A DNA stretch of 64,000 nt, taken from NCBI RefSeq assembly GCF_964204645.1, contig NC_134026.1:6595950-6659949 (forward strand). The letters are read 5' to 3'. This DNA is from Tubulanus polymorphus. Its lineage: Eukaryota > Animalia > Nemertea. The notes beneath the pieces were generated by a model. It was not told the DNA's origin. It worked only from the letters and a program-made list of their open reading frames with translations, and made no database searches. Positions 38,743-51,765 of the stretch are shown in pieces; the first letter of the stretch is position 1, and each line of letters begins with the position of its first letter. Made by a program: the position numbers and the translations under genes.

Positions 38743-41085
38743 TTATTTCATCGTTCCCACTGCGTCGTCGTACGAAGGAGGAGCCATCGAAGGAGCTGTG
38801 GGCTGAGGAGCTCCAGGAGGAAGATAACTGAAAATACAGACATTGATAATCATTATCACAAACCGATTAGACATTATTACCCGTATTGAAACCTTGTGCT
38901 CATCAACATATTTCTGAGAACGAATAAATGCCAAGAAATACAGCAAATTCAAAAATTGAAAATACAATTCACAAGATTCATAAAGCCATGGTTTTCAAAT
39001 TGGCTAATGTCCAGATAGGTGGGACAACCATAATGCAGGCCCATAGCCAGCCAATTTTCATGGAAAGTGGAACTTTTTGTAAAGTGCCCATGCATCAGTC
39101 GGGTCCTGAGGGTACTCGCATGGAAAATTATTTTCTAAGTTCTAGCATGTTTGGGGTGAAAATTTTGAACGAAAACAAATGAAAAAGTGTTACCCATGAG
39201 TGAATCTTTTGAAATCGATGCTCAAATTTTCCGGCATCAGGACTTAACTTCATCAATGAGCAGGGGATGAGGGTTGGTTGGAAGCCACACAGGCATGTTA
39301 TGTACCGTAGATGACTTCGTAAATTGAATTGTAAATACAAATTGGGACTCAAAAACAGCAACAAATTTTCTTATGACCTTAACTGAATTCAACTAGTTCT
39401 CAAAGCGACAATATAAAGGATAATTTGTATGATTTGTAGAGGTTTATTATTATGAGACTTACCTATTCTGTGCAGGATTATAAGGCGGAGGATAGTGAAC
39501 TGGATCTACAGTAAACGGCAGTCCACCATTAGTTGCACTTGTATTATCAGTAGGTATCGGATAGGCTGAATCAGGAGGAGGGTAAGGACTATTTTGATAT
39601 TGAGTTGTAGGAGGGTATTGCTGAGGTTGTGGCGGTCCGTATGGATTGTACGCAGGTTGTGGTCCCGCTGGTCCGGTTATTACAGTAGTGGCACCCAACG
39701 TTCCAACACTGTTTTCCTGTTCAAAATACAAATAAAATTGCATAATTCAACAAAATAAGTTCATATTCAGCTGCATCTTTTTATCTCCCTGATTTAGTAC
39801 CATAACTTGTTGCCTATTCTAGATTTCTTCTTGCGATATCAAGAATCAATAACTATGTAGCCATTCAAGGTTATATTTACAGATGCTGGGATATCGGATG
39901 ATCTAAGCTACTATTCACCCCCAAACTTTTACTACGAGCCCCTGTGAGTTAGCCTTATAAGTAGAGCCATTCAGCTTCGAGTGAAACCTATAAGATCATA
40001 ACCGTTCCACAGTACGTTTCACTCTACTCCGGTTTTGAAAATTACCTTATTCATCTAAGTAAAAATCCAAAAAAGAACCATGAAACAGGGTCCTGGGTAC
40101 ACTGGAACCTTATAATGAACTCGGATACAACGATTCATCGGATACAAAAAATATAGAATTTCGTCCCAAGTAAGAACATTTGATTAATTTCACACCGGAC
40201 ATAACAAACTATCGGTTTAAACAAACATATTTTCTGGTCCCATGACATTCGCTGTAACAAGGTTCCACTGTATTTGGACTAGTCCCAGTATCTGGTTCCG
40301 AAATTTTGTTCAACTTGGTAGAGCTAAAAAAAGGTTCATTTCCAATGAAACCCTCTCCAGGATTCAATTATCAGTTATCAGGTTAACATTTAGACCCAAG
40401 ATTGAAAATGAACTAATTGTAACTTAACAGAGGTCAATAATAGCCGTGAACCTGTAAAACCAGTAGTTCCATCAGATTAATAAGAATCGATTATTCGAAC
40501 CTGAGCTGCTTGCATTTTCTTCTTAGTAACAATACACAGTATGATTCCGATGACGAGGACACTGATACCAAAAAACAGAAGGATTGGACCGACAACCTTG
40601 TAGCCATTGTAACTGAAAACAAACAGTAAAATGACGACAAAATAATCCATGAATTACTACATGAATACAGTGAAACTTTCTTGTTGATGCCCTAAATGAC
40701 AACACTTTGTAAATTGAATTCGAAATACAAATTTGGACAAATAATAGACACAACTTCAGTAGTGTGACGATTTAACCGAGTTTGAATGTATGACATATTC
40801 TGATACTGACCTGCTATTGAAAAATGGATCGTCCCACGGACTTTGTCTGTTATAACCCAATGCCGTTAACGTTATACCAGGAAATAGCAAGAACACACCG
40901 AACATGACGCACGCCACAGAACAGAATCCTATACACCCTGCAACCTGAAAACTGCCTCCCCCAAAAGTTAACCCCCCTCCACCGCTGTGGTGATGTCTGC
41001 CATGTCTTCTTCCTCCTGTAAAGTGATGTCTTGCGTGGTGATGTGTCCTATGGTGGGATCTGTGTCCACGGCTACGACGAGGCAT
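38743..41085 (-). CDS. Two-transmembrane protein with His/Arg-rich N-terminus and Pro/Tyr-rich tail carrying PPxY motifs
   Basis: Phase-compatible exons at about 41085-40811, 40613-40501, 39716-39463 and 38827-38743. TM2 reads VVGPILLFFGISVLVIGIILCIV; motifs YPPPY and APPSYDDAV. Confidence 0.85.
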
Positions 41086-41140
41086 TTTGATATATCAGAC
41101 CTAGTAGGGTTAAAAAAGAGTATCAAACAATCAGATAGTC

Positions 41141-41750
41141 AATAACCTGTCAGTGATTTAATAGTTTCACAATCGCATATTTTCACTGGTATAAGCAGCC
41201 CATCCGATTAGCTTACCACCAACGATTAGGTAACTAACTAACAATCAGACTGAGAGGCTTCTATTCACAAGTGAGAAGCCACAGCCTCTGCATCGGGATC
41301 CGCGCAATTATTCCAATGCTGAGCAGACGGTGGCACGTGCTACTGTCGCAAAAATCTCGTGCCCTCTTTCTCATGCCCAAAGTAGAAAGGGGCACATTGA
41401 TTTTAAACAAAAAGCACATAATTCTTCATGATTTTGTCTTTATTTCCTGGAAACTACATCTCAATGCAGTTAATTTGCTAGAAAGCACTTCGTGTCAGGA
41501 CTTAAATTGCTCGGAAATCCCAGCAAAAAGGCAGATTTTCAAAATTTCAGAATGCCCTTTTTATTTCAAAACGCCATTTTTCTTTCAAAATGCCATTTCT
41601 ATAAGTTGCGCTACCCTCGACAGTGGTCCCTGAATCCGCCCTAGTCAGTAACCTGTTTGTGGTTAAGTTTCACAATCGGATATTTTCACAAACCACAAGG
41701 TTTAAGCACATCCAATTATAGAAAGCTTACCACCAATGATTAGAACTAAC
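41141..41750. repeat. Two copies (about 41141-41236 and 41647-41748) of a ~95-bp mini-element; a third copy is at 49906-49990
   Basis: Shared taacctgt...gtttcac.at.g.atattttca...catcc.atta...gcttaccaccaa.gattag. Confidence 0.75.
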
Positions 41751-41925
41751 TATAGAGACGGAGCAGTGGAGTGAGAGACCAGGCCCTGGCCAGCACAGGC
41801 ACTGTGTGTGGTGGCAGCAGTATCACTAATCAGTAATTAAGTAGGTCTATCTTGATTTTTAGTTAATTTCATATTCGATATTCATGAACATTTTGGTTTC
41901 CATAGACAAGTGGCTGTCTAATATC

Positions 41926-42120
41926 AATTAGTCGACAAAAACCCACAATAAAAAATAAAAACTATTTGATAGTAGTTAGTTTGACGTTTCGACTCAAATC
42001 TATGAGCCATTTTCAAAAACTGTTTTTGAAAATGGCTGGCTCATAGAAACGACAACGTCAAACTAACTTTCAAAATTCAAATAGTTTTTATTTTTTATTG
42101 TGGGTTTTTGTCGACTAATT
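41926..42120. repeat. ~195-bp near-perfect palindrome (possible Penelope-like inverted terminal remnant)
   Basis: aattagtcgacaaaaacccacaataaaaaataaaaactatttga is mirrored exactly at the right end; the centre reads gccattttcaaaaac-t-gtttttgaaaatggc. Confidence 0.8.
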
Positions 42121-42697
42121 CATGAACATCATTTAGATAGCTTTCTTGAATAGTAACTTTCTTACTAAAGTAACTTACTACTGCGACAGAATTTAAATTA
42201 TCATTTACCCGTTACTTGACGATTGTTGTTGCTTTTTTATCACAAAAATGACAAGAATTCTGAACGGAAGTAAACATTTAGCTCCACACGACCTTTTAGT
42301 TAAAGTACAAGTATCGCTCGCAAGTCGAAATTTGGGTTCGATTCCTGAATTCATAATGCAGATATATGGAATTCTGCAAGGGTCATACGACTTACGACTT
42401 ACGTTTTACAAAATACATTTAACGACTTACTACTTCCTTCAAGATGTTACGACCTACGTTTTACGAGTTACATCTTACATCGAGCATGAAGGCGCGTTAT
42501 TCAACCGGACTTCGTCTTCGATAGATTTCGCTCTGAAATAAATGGCAATTAATTGCAGCTGTCAACTGAACGATTGCTCTCATTAGTATTTTCTATAGTG
42601 TTTTATTCAAATGTATATATCATCCATCCTCGCTTGCCAGGGGTCCAGTATCACTCCCAAACTCGCTTCCACCAGCCCCCTGGCCTCACGAAGCGTA

Positions 42698-42950
42698 ATT
42701 TCATTACTGGCGCTGTTGCGCATGACGTCATATATCGATTTGCGAAATACTTCCTTGTTCGGTAAAACGTTCGCTGATTGGTCCATTTAACGGGAAAACC
42801 AACAGAAGTCTACTGTCGGTTTGTTACAAGCGCTGTGATTGGTACGACCGGATTCTGGTCGGCTAGTAACGACTCCAACGACTCGTGAGGTCAAGGGGTT
42901 CGGAGTACAGCTTTAGCGTAGTGGGTTCGAATCCCTTGACGGGTGAAGAT
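42698..42950 (+). repeat. Dispersed repeat carrying CRE, CCAAT and B-box-like motifs; inverted copy at about 60033-60238
   Basis: ttcattactggcgct..tgcgcatgacgtca...tttgttacaagcgctgtgattgg...gtgggttcgaatcccttgacgggtgaagatg matches the reverse complement at 60.0-60.2 kb. Confidence 0.8.
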
Positions 42951-43103
42951 GTATATCACCATGCATATAGTCTAAGATCTAAGTTGTGTTTGTTCATTTA
43001 AACAATTAGTTTATTATGTTGTAAATTTTCTATGTGTAATAATCTGTAAATCATGTGTTCTCCGGGTCTGAGTGTAAATAAATAGATATATAAATGAATA
43101 AAT

Positions 43104-46044
43104 TGTAACCGAATAGGCCAGGCACAGTAACCGACTGGCTCTCCGGGCCAGATTTTTCTCACAACGGCTGCGCCAGACAATATACCGCCGCTCAGTACTG
43201 GTCTACAGCTTGGCCTCCCTAACGCACGGGCCGGGCCAAATAACTTCGTCGGAGATCCCCTCTACACGTCGTGCCTCCTATCGATTCTAGGTGGGTCTTC
43301 GGGTCCAATCGTCCTTAACTTGAAGGCGATCATCAACAACTCGGAATCCTTTCTTTCCATGGTAGCGCGTCCTCGTTCCAAGGTTGTTCCCGAAACAGGT
43401 CGAACTGACTCAGACTCAGATATCCACTCAAAATAAGACATAAGACCGTTATTCGTGAAAAATTAACGATTGCCATGTTTATTCAGCTCAACAACGGATT
43501 AAAAGAACAGGGTGTTGCTCGTCACTCAAGATCAAAGCAATCTCCCAATACTCGTAATAAAATATGTGTACTCTCGAAAATCCCCAGGAACAAGGGACGT
43601 TTATAACATTTATAACTGGCCCTTAGGCATAACGACGGCTCGTAGAACTAATCATGTTCCACGGATATAATATTGTACGATGGCGCGATTAGGCTCACAC
43701 CCAAAAATGAGAGAGAGAGAGAGAAAAAGGGGGGGGGTTTGAACTATGAGAGTCAAATAATTAAAAGGCTTGAGTCCGAAGCGGAAATGTCGGTGACGAT
43801 GAGCAGATCCCAATATCTGAACCCGGCCAAGGACCGACTCGATAATGCCTCCTCTTGAACTACCACTACAGGGATTCTTCATCTTGGTTGGAATTCGCCT
43901 TCACTGGTGGTCCGACGCAGGGACTGATCAGTTCCCTGGTCCGCCCTTCTTTCTTCGGGACACTCATCTCTGGTCCTCTTAGGCAGTAAGACATCAAGGG
44001 GAGACTTGGTTTCGACCTGGACTACCACTGGCAGCATGGTTGATCGTCACCCGACAAATTCCGAAACTCAAGGGGGGTCAAGTGACCCAACGAAATAAAA
44101 TACCGTCAAAAAATGATATTCCCTCACCCTTCTCTCTCAACTCAGTTTTAAGGAAAATACTAAGGACCGCACGCGAAATCGCCCGCGGAAATAAATGCAA
44201 CGAGGCCTAGGCGACCCCGAATAAAATTCGACTCTACAACGATGCATTGCATAAATGGTTGAAACGCGAGGCGGATATAGCCGAAACGGTTAGGTCCCGC
44301 CGGCGCATTACTAAAGTCAAACGGCTTAGCTGCCCGATTATCTTCTAACTCGAATTATAACTCAAGCGTGAGGTATTTCGAGCGACTGGGAGACAGAGAG
44401 GAATAGTCCTCGCTGTGCCCCAGTCCCAGCATCACAATGATGTGGAAACTCGTTAGAATAATACCTAATGTCCGTATTTTAATACTAGAGGGATCGATCG
44501 TCGATCGATAATACTTCTCGTGGAATAGGACGGGTAATGCCCCATGATTAAGGCGATTAATGCTTAAGGAGGGGAGGGAAGAAATCGGCGACAGTGCCAG
44601 CACCCGACTGGAACTCAGTCTCTGCAGATTCTCGTCTAACGGCTGACCGGCAGACCCCATTCTTCGTTCTCTTCGCTTTTCCGTGGACCAATATACCATT
44701 CCCGTAGGTGGTCAAACCATCGACATCAGACGTCCTCTCCGGACCCGGCAAATCCCGTAGGCGGCTGAACCATCCGCACCAATAACCCTCGTCGTCTTCA
44801 ATAGCCTAGCTATCTGGACCGTCAACGGACTGAGACCAAAATAACCTACCCAAACCAGTCACAAAATCCACCAAAAATCGCCAAAATCCACCCACCCGGG
44901 ACGGGAATTACCTTCGGTAGAGCTTTAAACAAGGGCTGTCGTTGGAGACGACCTAATAGTATCGCAGTGATGATTGGCGAATACTACAGAAGTTTAGAAT
45001 AACATGGCGGGCCGGGGACAATCAGGACCTCGCGGCACGGAAACAATAACAAATACCAATAATAAAAGCAACGTAATTCAATCACATCCCCCCGAGGAAA
45101 GGAAACCCGGTCCCCGTCGGGACGCGGGAGGTAGGCCTACAACTTGCTTACATTGTAACTTGGAATATAGTATTCGTTGGTTAGAGAGAGCTAAATTGAA
45201 CCATGCGAGTGGTCGACGCTCAGGTCAGAATCCCAAACTAACGCGCTGCCCGCCTTATATAGGGCTCGTTGTCCCCGCGTTGTCCTGATTGGCTACCCGC
45301 CTTTGTCCCCGCTACGCTCCAATAGGTTGAAAATCACGTGGTACGGCGTGACGTCACGATCACGCGTGACTGACCGCCGTCCACGACGTCGCTCGATCGG
45401 AACCTACAAGCATAGATTTATTTATACGAACTCCGGTCCGAGTCGAGCATTAAAAACTCCGAAAAGAAAAAGATTTATTATCAAGAGAATATTTAACTTC
45501 CAATTAGTTACAAAAAAATGTAGTTCACCGAAAGAGGGAGCACTCAAGCGGTCGGCACCGCGGAGTACCAAATTGAACCGGCCCGAATCCGGGCGCTACT
45601 CGACTTCACTAGAGCGGAATTCATATGTCACAATATAACATCGTTAGGATATAAATACGAACGTATTGGTAAGAAGATTTAAGACGTACTGATGTGCTTT
45701 AAGTGCATTTTGATTTCTTTGAACTACTGGTTCCGCCGAATAGTTATAAGACGGTAAGACAACATAGTCTGAGTAAAATCCCCCAACGAACACAACTCGA
45801 CTGGACGCGAGCTGAGTTCGTCCCGCAACGCAGTAAGAAAGGTAACCAGGTTATAAACGGGAATAAAGGATAAGGAAATTTAATAATTGGTGCTATTTTA
45901 AGGATCTATAAATATTAGACGCTATCTGTGGCGATACATGAGGGATTCAAAACTGGCGCTCTGGCCCGGTTATAAAACTGCTATGCAGGCAAGAAAGTGA
46001 TTTAAATTTGGCGCCTATAACATCATCACGGAATTTCCGCTACA
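43104..46044 (-). mobile_element. Probable solo LTR (2941 bp) of a Gypsy-like retrotransposon
   Basis: TGTAAC...GCTACA ends with the 4-bp duplication AAAT on both sides (43100-43103 and 46045-46048). GC-richer than its flanks. Minus-strand TATATAA at 45255-45261 and AATAAA at 43478-43483. No long ORF. Confidence 0.7.
45250..45370 (-). promoter_or_regulatory. Pol II promoter cluster inside the LTR
   Basis: TATATAA at 45255-45261, CCAAT at about 45288-45292, E-box CACGTG at 45335-45340, CRE TGACGTCA at 45349-45356. Confidence 0.6.
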
Positions 46045-46303
46045 AAATAAACTAAGCGGATGTCCCGAGTTCGAACCCAGTAGGCCTAATAGACTGGTTA
46101 CCGGTCTCTATATTCAATTAGAATATTGAATGGGACGGACAACCAGTCTAACCCAGTAACTGCAGCTGATTCAGTGGTCCTGACCTGATGCTGAAAAGAT
46201 GATGTACCTGGGTGTCGCAGGTTCGAAGCCAAATAACTGATACTGATTCAGAATGATCTTGTAGTGATGCTGAATAGAAGATAGGTGTCCGACGGGGATA
46301 TCA

Positions 46304-46900
46304 ATACGAATACGAATACGAATACGAATATTTATTATACTCCAACCATTCCCATGGTATATGGCGGAGAAAGCAGTATTCACATTATATTATACAAAAA
46401 CAGTAGATAAAAGCACTTTGAAACATAAAAAACGTTATTTACAACATACTTTTTACACACTACCGGCGGGATCTATATACATCAAGATTCCAAAAGGTAT
46501 CTAAATTTAGGTAACTTTCACACAGAATTCGGTAAGTAATTTACAGTCAAAAATGAAATGTAGTTCGTCGCCTAAAATGTTACAGGTGGGGCATAATCTA
46601 TCGGTTCTCGGTAGATGGAGGTTTGGCAATTTATTTACAGGTAAGAGATAAGACCCAATCCAGAACTGGAATAAACCGGTCACTGTCATCAAGTCGATTT
46701 ATATAGTTTTCAAATTTAATATCCTTCTTATATTGTCTAGAATTAATGTTATAACGGGTTATTATTTAGCCTAAATTCTGTCTCTTGCACATGCTGATCA
46801 CGGAGTATACGGTGTAATTGTTTTGGAGAAGTCCTAGAGTTTACCATAGATTATTGTGTCCAGATATACGAAAGGCCACAGTCATCAAAAGTTTTCTTAA
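46304..46900 (-). mobile_element. Decayed 3' end of a non-LTR retrotransposon (LINE)
   Basis: Frame LPRTDRLCPTCNILGDELHFIFDC (the C-x2-C...H-x4-C knuckle found after LINE reverse transcriptases), followed by AATAAA and an (ATTCGT)n tail at 46304-46336. Confidence 0.7.
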
Positions 46901-47092
46901 TAAATAACATCAAGAAATACAAATCAAAAGATCTTATAGAGAATTGAACTAAGTTGGTTTACTGCGCGTAGCGAAAAAGTCTTCAATATCGTTTAAGAAT
47001 AGGTAAATAAGATACGTGATAGATTTTCACCTTATCTTAAACCTCTATCTGCAGCAAAATATTGTGATGTGTTACCGTTAAGATTTCTGACG

Positions 47093-47327
47093 TGATCGCC
47101 ATCTATTGGAATTTGGCTGAACCGACTAGACAGCTCTTATTTCTCACCGACTTTTCTTGAATTTGCTGAAATCACACTCGCCATCTGATGGATTTATATG
47201 TAACTACAGTCTAATGATGGTTATATCCACCAGATGGCGAGTGTGATTTTCACGGATTAAAGAAGAGTCAGCGAGACAAGTAAGAGCAGTCTAGACAGTT
47301 CAGCCAAATTCCAATAGATGGCGATCA
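47093..47327. mobile_element. Palindromic (fold-back) MITE
   Basis: tgatcgccatctattggaatttggctgaac is mirrored by gttcagccaaattccaatagatggcgatca; the inner arms also pair. Confidence 0.8.
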
Positions 47328-47632
47328 TAGCATCATTGCTAAACCTGGGTTCGAATCCAGAAATCACTGCTTCCGATTTTAAGTCCTGATGCTGGATAGA
47401 TGAACAGGGGTGCCCGTGTTCGATCCTTGAGTAGACAGCAACAGCAACATTGTCTATTTATTTCGCATTATTTTACAAAACTTTTTAACAATTGCTTATT
47501 TATTTTACGAAGGCATTTTAATTTAAAACGAAAATAACGTAAGTCATCACAAGATGCTTTCACTTTCTGCTTTAAGAAGTAAAAACACACCCGCCTTGTT
47601 GAGAAAGTATTTGGTATTGCATCAATTGAAAC

Positions 47633-47705
47633 CTCGCATACCAGGGTAAGAATCCTCGCGTGCCAGGGTACGAATCATCGCGTGCCAGGGTAAGAATCCT
47701 CGCGA
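47633..47705. repeat. 21-bp tandem repeat (atcctcgcgtgccagggtaaga-like), about 3.5 copies
   Basis: Directly visible. Confidence 0.8.
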
Positions 47706-50262
47706 GGGGGCTACACGCGATGTGCCGAACTACAGTTTCACGAACACGATCAACTTTTTAACTAAATTTTGTGAAGAAATCAATGTGTGTTTAAGCGACA
47801 ATTGAGGACAAGTCTCACAAAAGATCAACCCCTGGGAAGGCCAAGTAGTAGACCTGTTCTTTGTAGTTCTTAGGCTAAACAAAAGTGATACCTTGTTTCT
47901 CCGCAGCGGCCGGGTCATTTTTGTAAAATATAAAATTTATAAACAGTTCATTTCTATAGCGGCCGGGTCTGTTATGGTGAAATTGATCACGATTTTAAAA
48001 AAAGTAATGTATAGGGTAGGTAGGCAGCCGGCCGGGTCAACATTTAAGCTCAGCAGAGCGGAGAAACAAGGTATCAATTTTTTTGGCCTTATGTTAATCG
48101 TATCTGTGAAACAGTACTACTACCCTAGTACGAGGATTTGGGTTTTTGATGCGAGGGCTTCAGCTTTTTTTAGACGCTGCAGTTTCGCACACTAACTAAA
48201 TGGCGAGTACGGCATTGTATTCAGTTCGAGTCCAGTTTCACGAAGAAAGGATGAATCAATTTAAGAGTTAAGCTATGTTCATGAAACTGGGTCCACGTGA
48301 ACCGTTTCACATAACCGGTACAAACGGTCAACCGCAATTGAATGTTTGAACGCAATTGGTTTGTGAAACTGGACCCTCGGCTCAATTTCTTAAAAAACTT
48401 TACTCAATTCGAGTTAACCGCCTCAATAAATGAGTAAAATCATTGCTATGAAACTGAACCAGTGGGATGTGACGCACTTAGTGTGAAAATGCTGGCGTCT
48501 GTATTCATAATTAGAACAACACAGACAATTCATCTTTATTTCAAATAAAACAGTAACGTTAGTTCGCACGAAATATTATAGTCCCGTAAAGAAAACCTGT
48601 CGATATTTCAACTTTTTGGTTTCAATGATTGTGGGACTTAACAGTCATACAAAAATGTCCATTTAACAAAAAAATAATGCCCATTTACTATATCACACAA
48701 GTTTAAAAATTTACAAATTCAAGTTTTGGTTTCATTGATTGAGTGACTTAAAATATGTCCATTTACAGTATACATGTGTATCATAAAAATCTAATACAAA
48801 ACCAGACCAATGAAACCGGGTCCCGAGGTACAAACAATTACAAACTAATGCAGTTACATGGAGTGCGTAAATTATCTCATGCCCTTGATCCATCTCAGAA
48901 AGCCCATCATTAGGGTTTTCTCTAATTCCCTCAATTGTGATTACGGTAGCTTGGCGAGGCAGAAAACCCATTATCGTTGCTTTGCAGCTATATTCAATCC
49001 AAAATTAAACTAAATAATTTTCAGTAAAAATTAAAACGGACTTTACACAAATTTAAAAGGTTTAGAATACAAGACGATGGTCTCTAGAGAAACTCCTAAA
49101 TGTTAAGTCTGAAGAAATAACTAAAACAGGGAAAAATAGAGAGGGAAAAATAAGTTAATTGAGAAAAGTAAAGCTGGAGGGTGTTAAGTGCTTAGGTTGA
49201 TAAGTTTTGTTATTTTAGGCATAGGTTGTTCTAGTTATTTCTTCATTTCGTTTAATTATTTTTTTAATTCAGATTCTTGATAAATAAATTACGCCTCTAA
49301 ACTTTTAAATTTGCATATTGCGGGATTTAAATATATTCTATGCTCGAGTCAGGCAAAATCTACGTTACAGCTTTGAGAGACAAATCATGGGATAACTCTA
49401 TTGTTTTTATGGATATGTGATACGCAGTCCATGAAACCATCACATACAGAACAACAGTGGCCTACCCGTGCCGGCCAGCACAATATAATACCGGTAATAT
49501 ATTTGACTTTAAACTTTAAAATTGCAGATCTCAGAAGTGGCAGCATATCAATCTCCAGGTAGATGGCTAGTCCCTGTCTCTGTCAAATGGCATAATTGTC
49601 CCCACTTTGTCCTAAAATAAGAGAGAAAACTGCAAATATTACATCCAAAATGTTCGATTGAATTAACTATGAAGTGGGAATTGTATTCATGAAATATTTC
49701 GGACACTAGAATTTATAATTACCTTATTAAATTCTAGACAATTCAACACCATTATTCACTCTTTGATCAGTTTTCAAATTGTTCTATTGGACAAATTTCA
49801 TGCTGCAATAAATCATTATACTATGAAAAGAATTAGCAATGTATTAAGAAAATTATAGCAGTCAGAAATTGGGGCTAAATTCTATAAGTACTCTAGTAGC
49901 TCATGAGTAACCTGTCTGTGGTTTAGTTTCACGATTGGATATTTTCATACATCCGATTATAAAAAGCTTACCACCAACGATTAGGTAACTAGGGGTTTTT
50001 GTATATGCACTTTCAGGTCCAGAGTTTAACTCTTCAGAAATCAAATAATTAGAGGTCTAAAAAATTACAATTTTTGGAACTAAAGTTTGTATTTCCCAGT
50101 AGTACTTACCCTTTCCTATGGTTTTTGCCAATATTTTTCTAAATTTGGATTGATTGCCAATGGTTTTTCTATACGACCCGGCCCTGCGGTATTGCATTTA
50201 GCCACCGGCGAAATCCGCCATCTTTTTACATCAGCTATGCGGGGCAGGTGGGCGGGATTCCC

Positions 50263-50360
50263 ACCATAGGAAAGGGTAAGTACTACTCGGAAATACAAAT
50301 TTTAGTTCCAAAAATTGTAATATTTCCGTCGAGTACTGTACCCTTTCCTATGGTTTTTGC
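50263..50360. repeat. DIRS internal complementary region (ICR)
   Basis: The first half is the reverse complement of the left terminus (50065-50121). The second half, tatttccgtcgagtactgtaccctttcctatggtttttgc, is the reverse complement of the right terminus. Confidence 0.9.
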
Positions 50361-50620
50361 TAGACTAGCCTAGCACAAGGATGGTGGGAAAGGTAGATAG
50401 AAAAACCACCGCTCAAACGCAAGGTAGGAGGGAAAAAGAGAGCACTTACCCAAGCACGGAATGGAGCACTGTAGCACAGGGAAGACCGGTTGGCCACAGT
50501 GAGTCCATCCAGCTCAGGGGCCCCCCCCCAGAATTTTGCGAAATTAATACTTGCAGATATGAACCCAAACTATGTACAAGGATACACCCCCTGTGATCCT
50601 GATAATGCAACATAAATATT

Positions 50621-51765
50621 CTACACTAAAGGGTCCGATCGGAAAGAACGGACACCTTGAGTCATGACAACAGGACCAAGTGAAGCTAATGAGCCTAACT
50701 GGCCTGAAACATCCCGTAAATAAAATGACGTGAATGTCGATGGAGAATTCCAAAAGGCGGCCCGACAGACTTCCTCCAACGGAGCACCCGAAAAGGCTGC
50801 ACAGGAAGTAGCCATAGACCTCACTTGATGAGAAACCACTCCCTCCGAGGAAAGATTCTCCTTCAATAAAATGTCCTTGATCAGTGAAGAGACCCATCGG
50901 GCCACTGTGTCCCGCGAAATATCACCCTTTAGGTGATCCAGCAGCGGAATAAATAACCGCTCCTGTGAACCCCTCCGTGAAGCAGAGCAATCTAAATAGA
51001 AACACAACGCCCGCACAGGACATAAAGTCCTGTCCGGGATGCCCGGTTCCACTCGATGTTTTAGGGCTTCAATTCGCCATTGACGCCCAACCGAGCCTGG
51101 TCGTTGGTTCTTTGCCAAAAATTCCAAAGCAGGCCCCAGCGAAACAAATTCCTTCGCTGGCCCAAAGACAATATGACCTTGTCGGACTGAAAGCGCATGA
51201 ATCTCAGAGCGACGGGCCGAGCAAGCCAAGAACAGCAAAAATACAGTCTTTTTTGACAAATTTGCAAATGACGCTGCCGAAAGAGGTTCAAATGGAGCCT
51301 CCATTAACTTCTTCAAAATTACAGACAGATCCCGTGGTGGAACTGTCCTTGGTATCCTAGGCCGGGAAATAGAAAACCCTGCAACCAGCTGGGATATCCG
51401 ATGATCCCATGCTACATATGGCCATCCAGAAGCACGCAATGTATGAGAAATCGCGGAGCGGTAACCTTTAATAGTTATGACCTGCAAACCTTTTACTACA
51501 AATAGGTGCAGTAAAAAATCTGCCAATTGAGCTACAGAGGGTGAGCATGGATCAATTTCCCCTGCAGCACACCAATCCGCAAAATGACTCCATTTGGCAT
51601 CGTAAATGGTACTTGTTGATGGCCGCTTAGATCCTGCGATAAAGGAGGCAGCCTGTTCTGAAAAGCCTGAAGCTGACAAGGATCGCTGGACAATGGCCAG
51701 GCGAGCAGATTTAACCACTGGCTGTTTGGATGATGCCGAAAGTTCCCCTGAGACAGAAGCGATGG
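50621..51765 (-). CDS. DIRS tyrosine recombinase (C-terminal part of the 893-aa ORF)
   Basis: SAM-like binding region (STIYDAKWSHF), then LACSARRSEI (R), HQVR (HxxR) and FWNSPSTFTSFY (W, Y). Confidence 0.9.

Noticed and set aside
42880-42950. tRNA gene suggested by GGTTCGAATCCC (similar B-boxes near 21430, 22910, 31060, 35355, 46070, 46220, 47350, 60055)
   Set aside because: No complete cloverleaf could be built; more likely SINE-derived or repeat-borne fragments.
43708-43737. Polypurine tract of an LTR element
   Set aside because: It lies inside the proposed LTR and no second LTR follows it; probably a (GA)n/G-run microsatellite.
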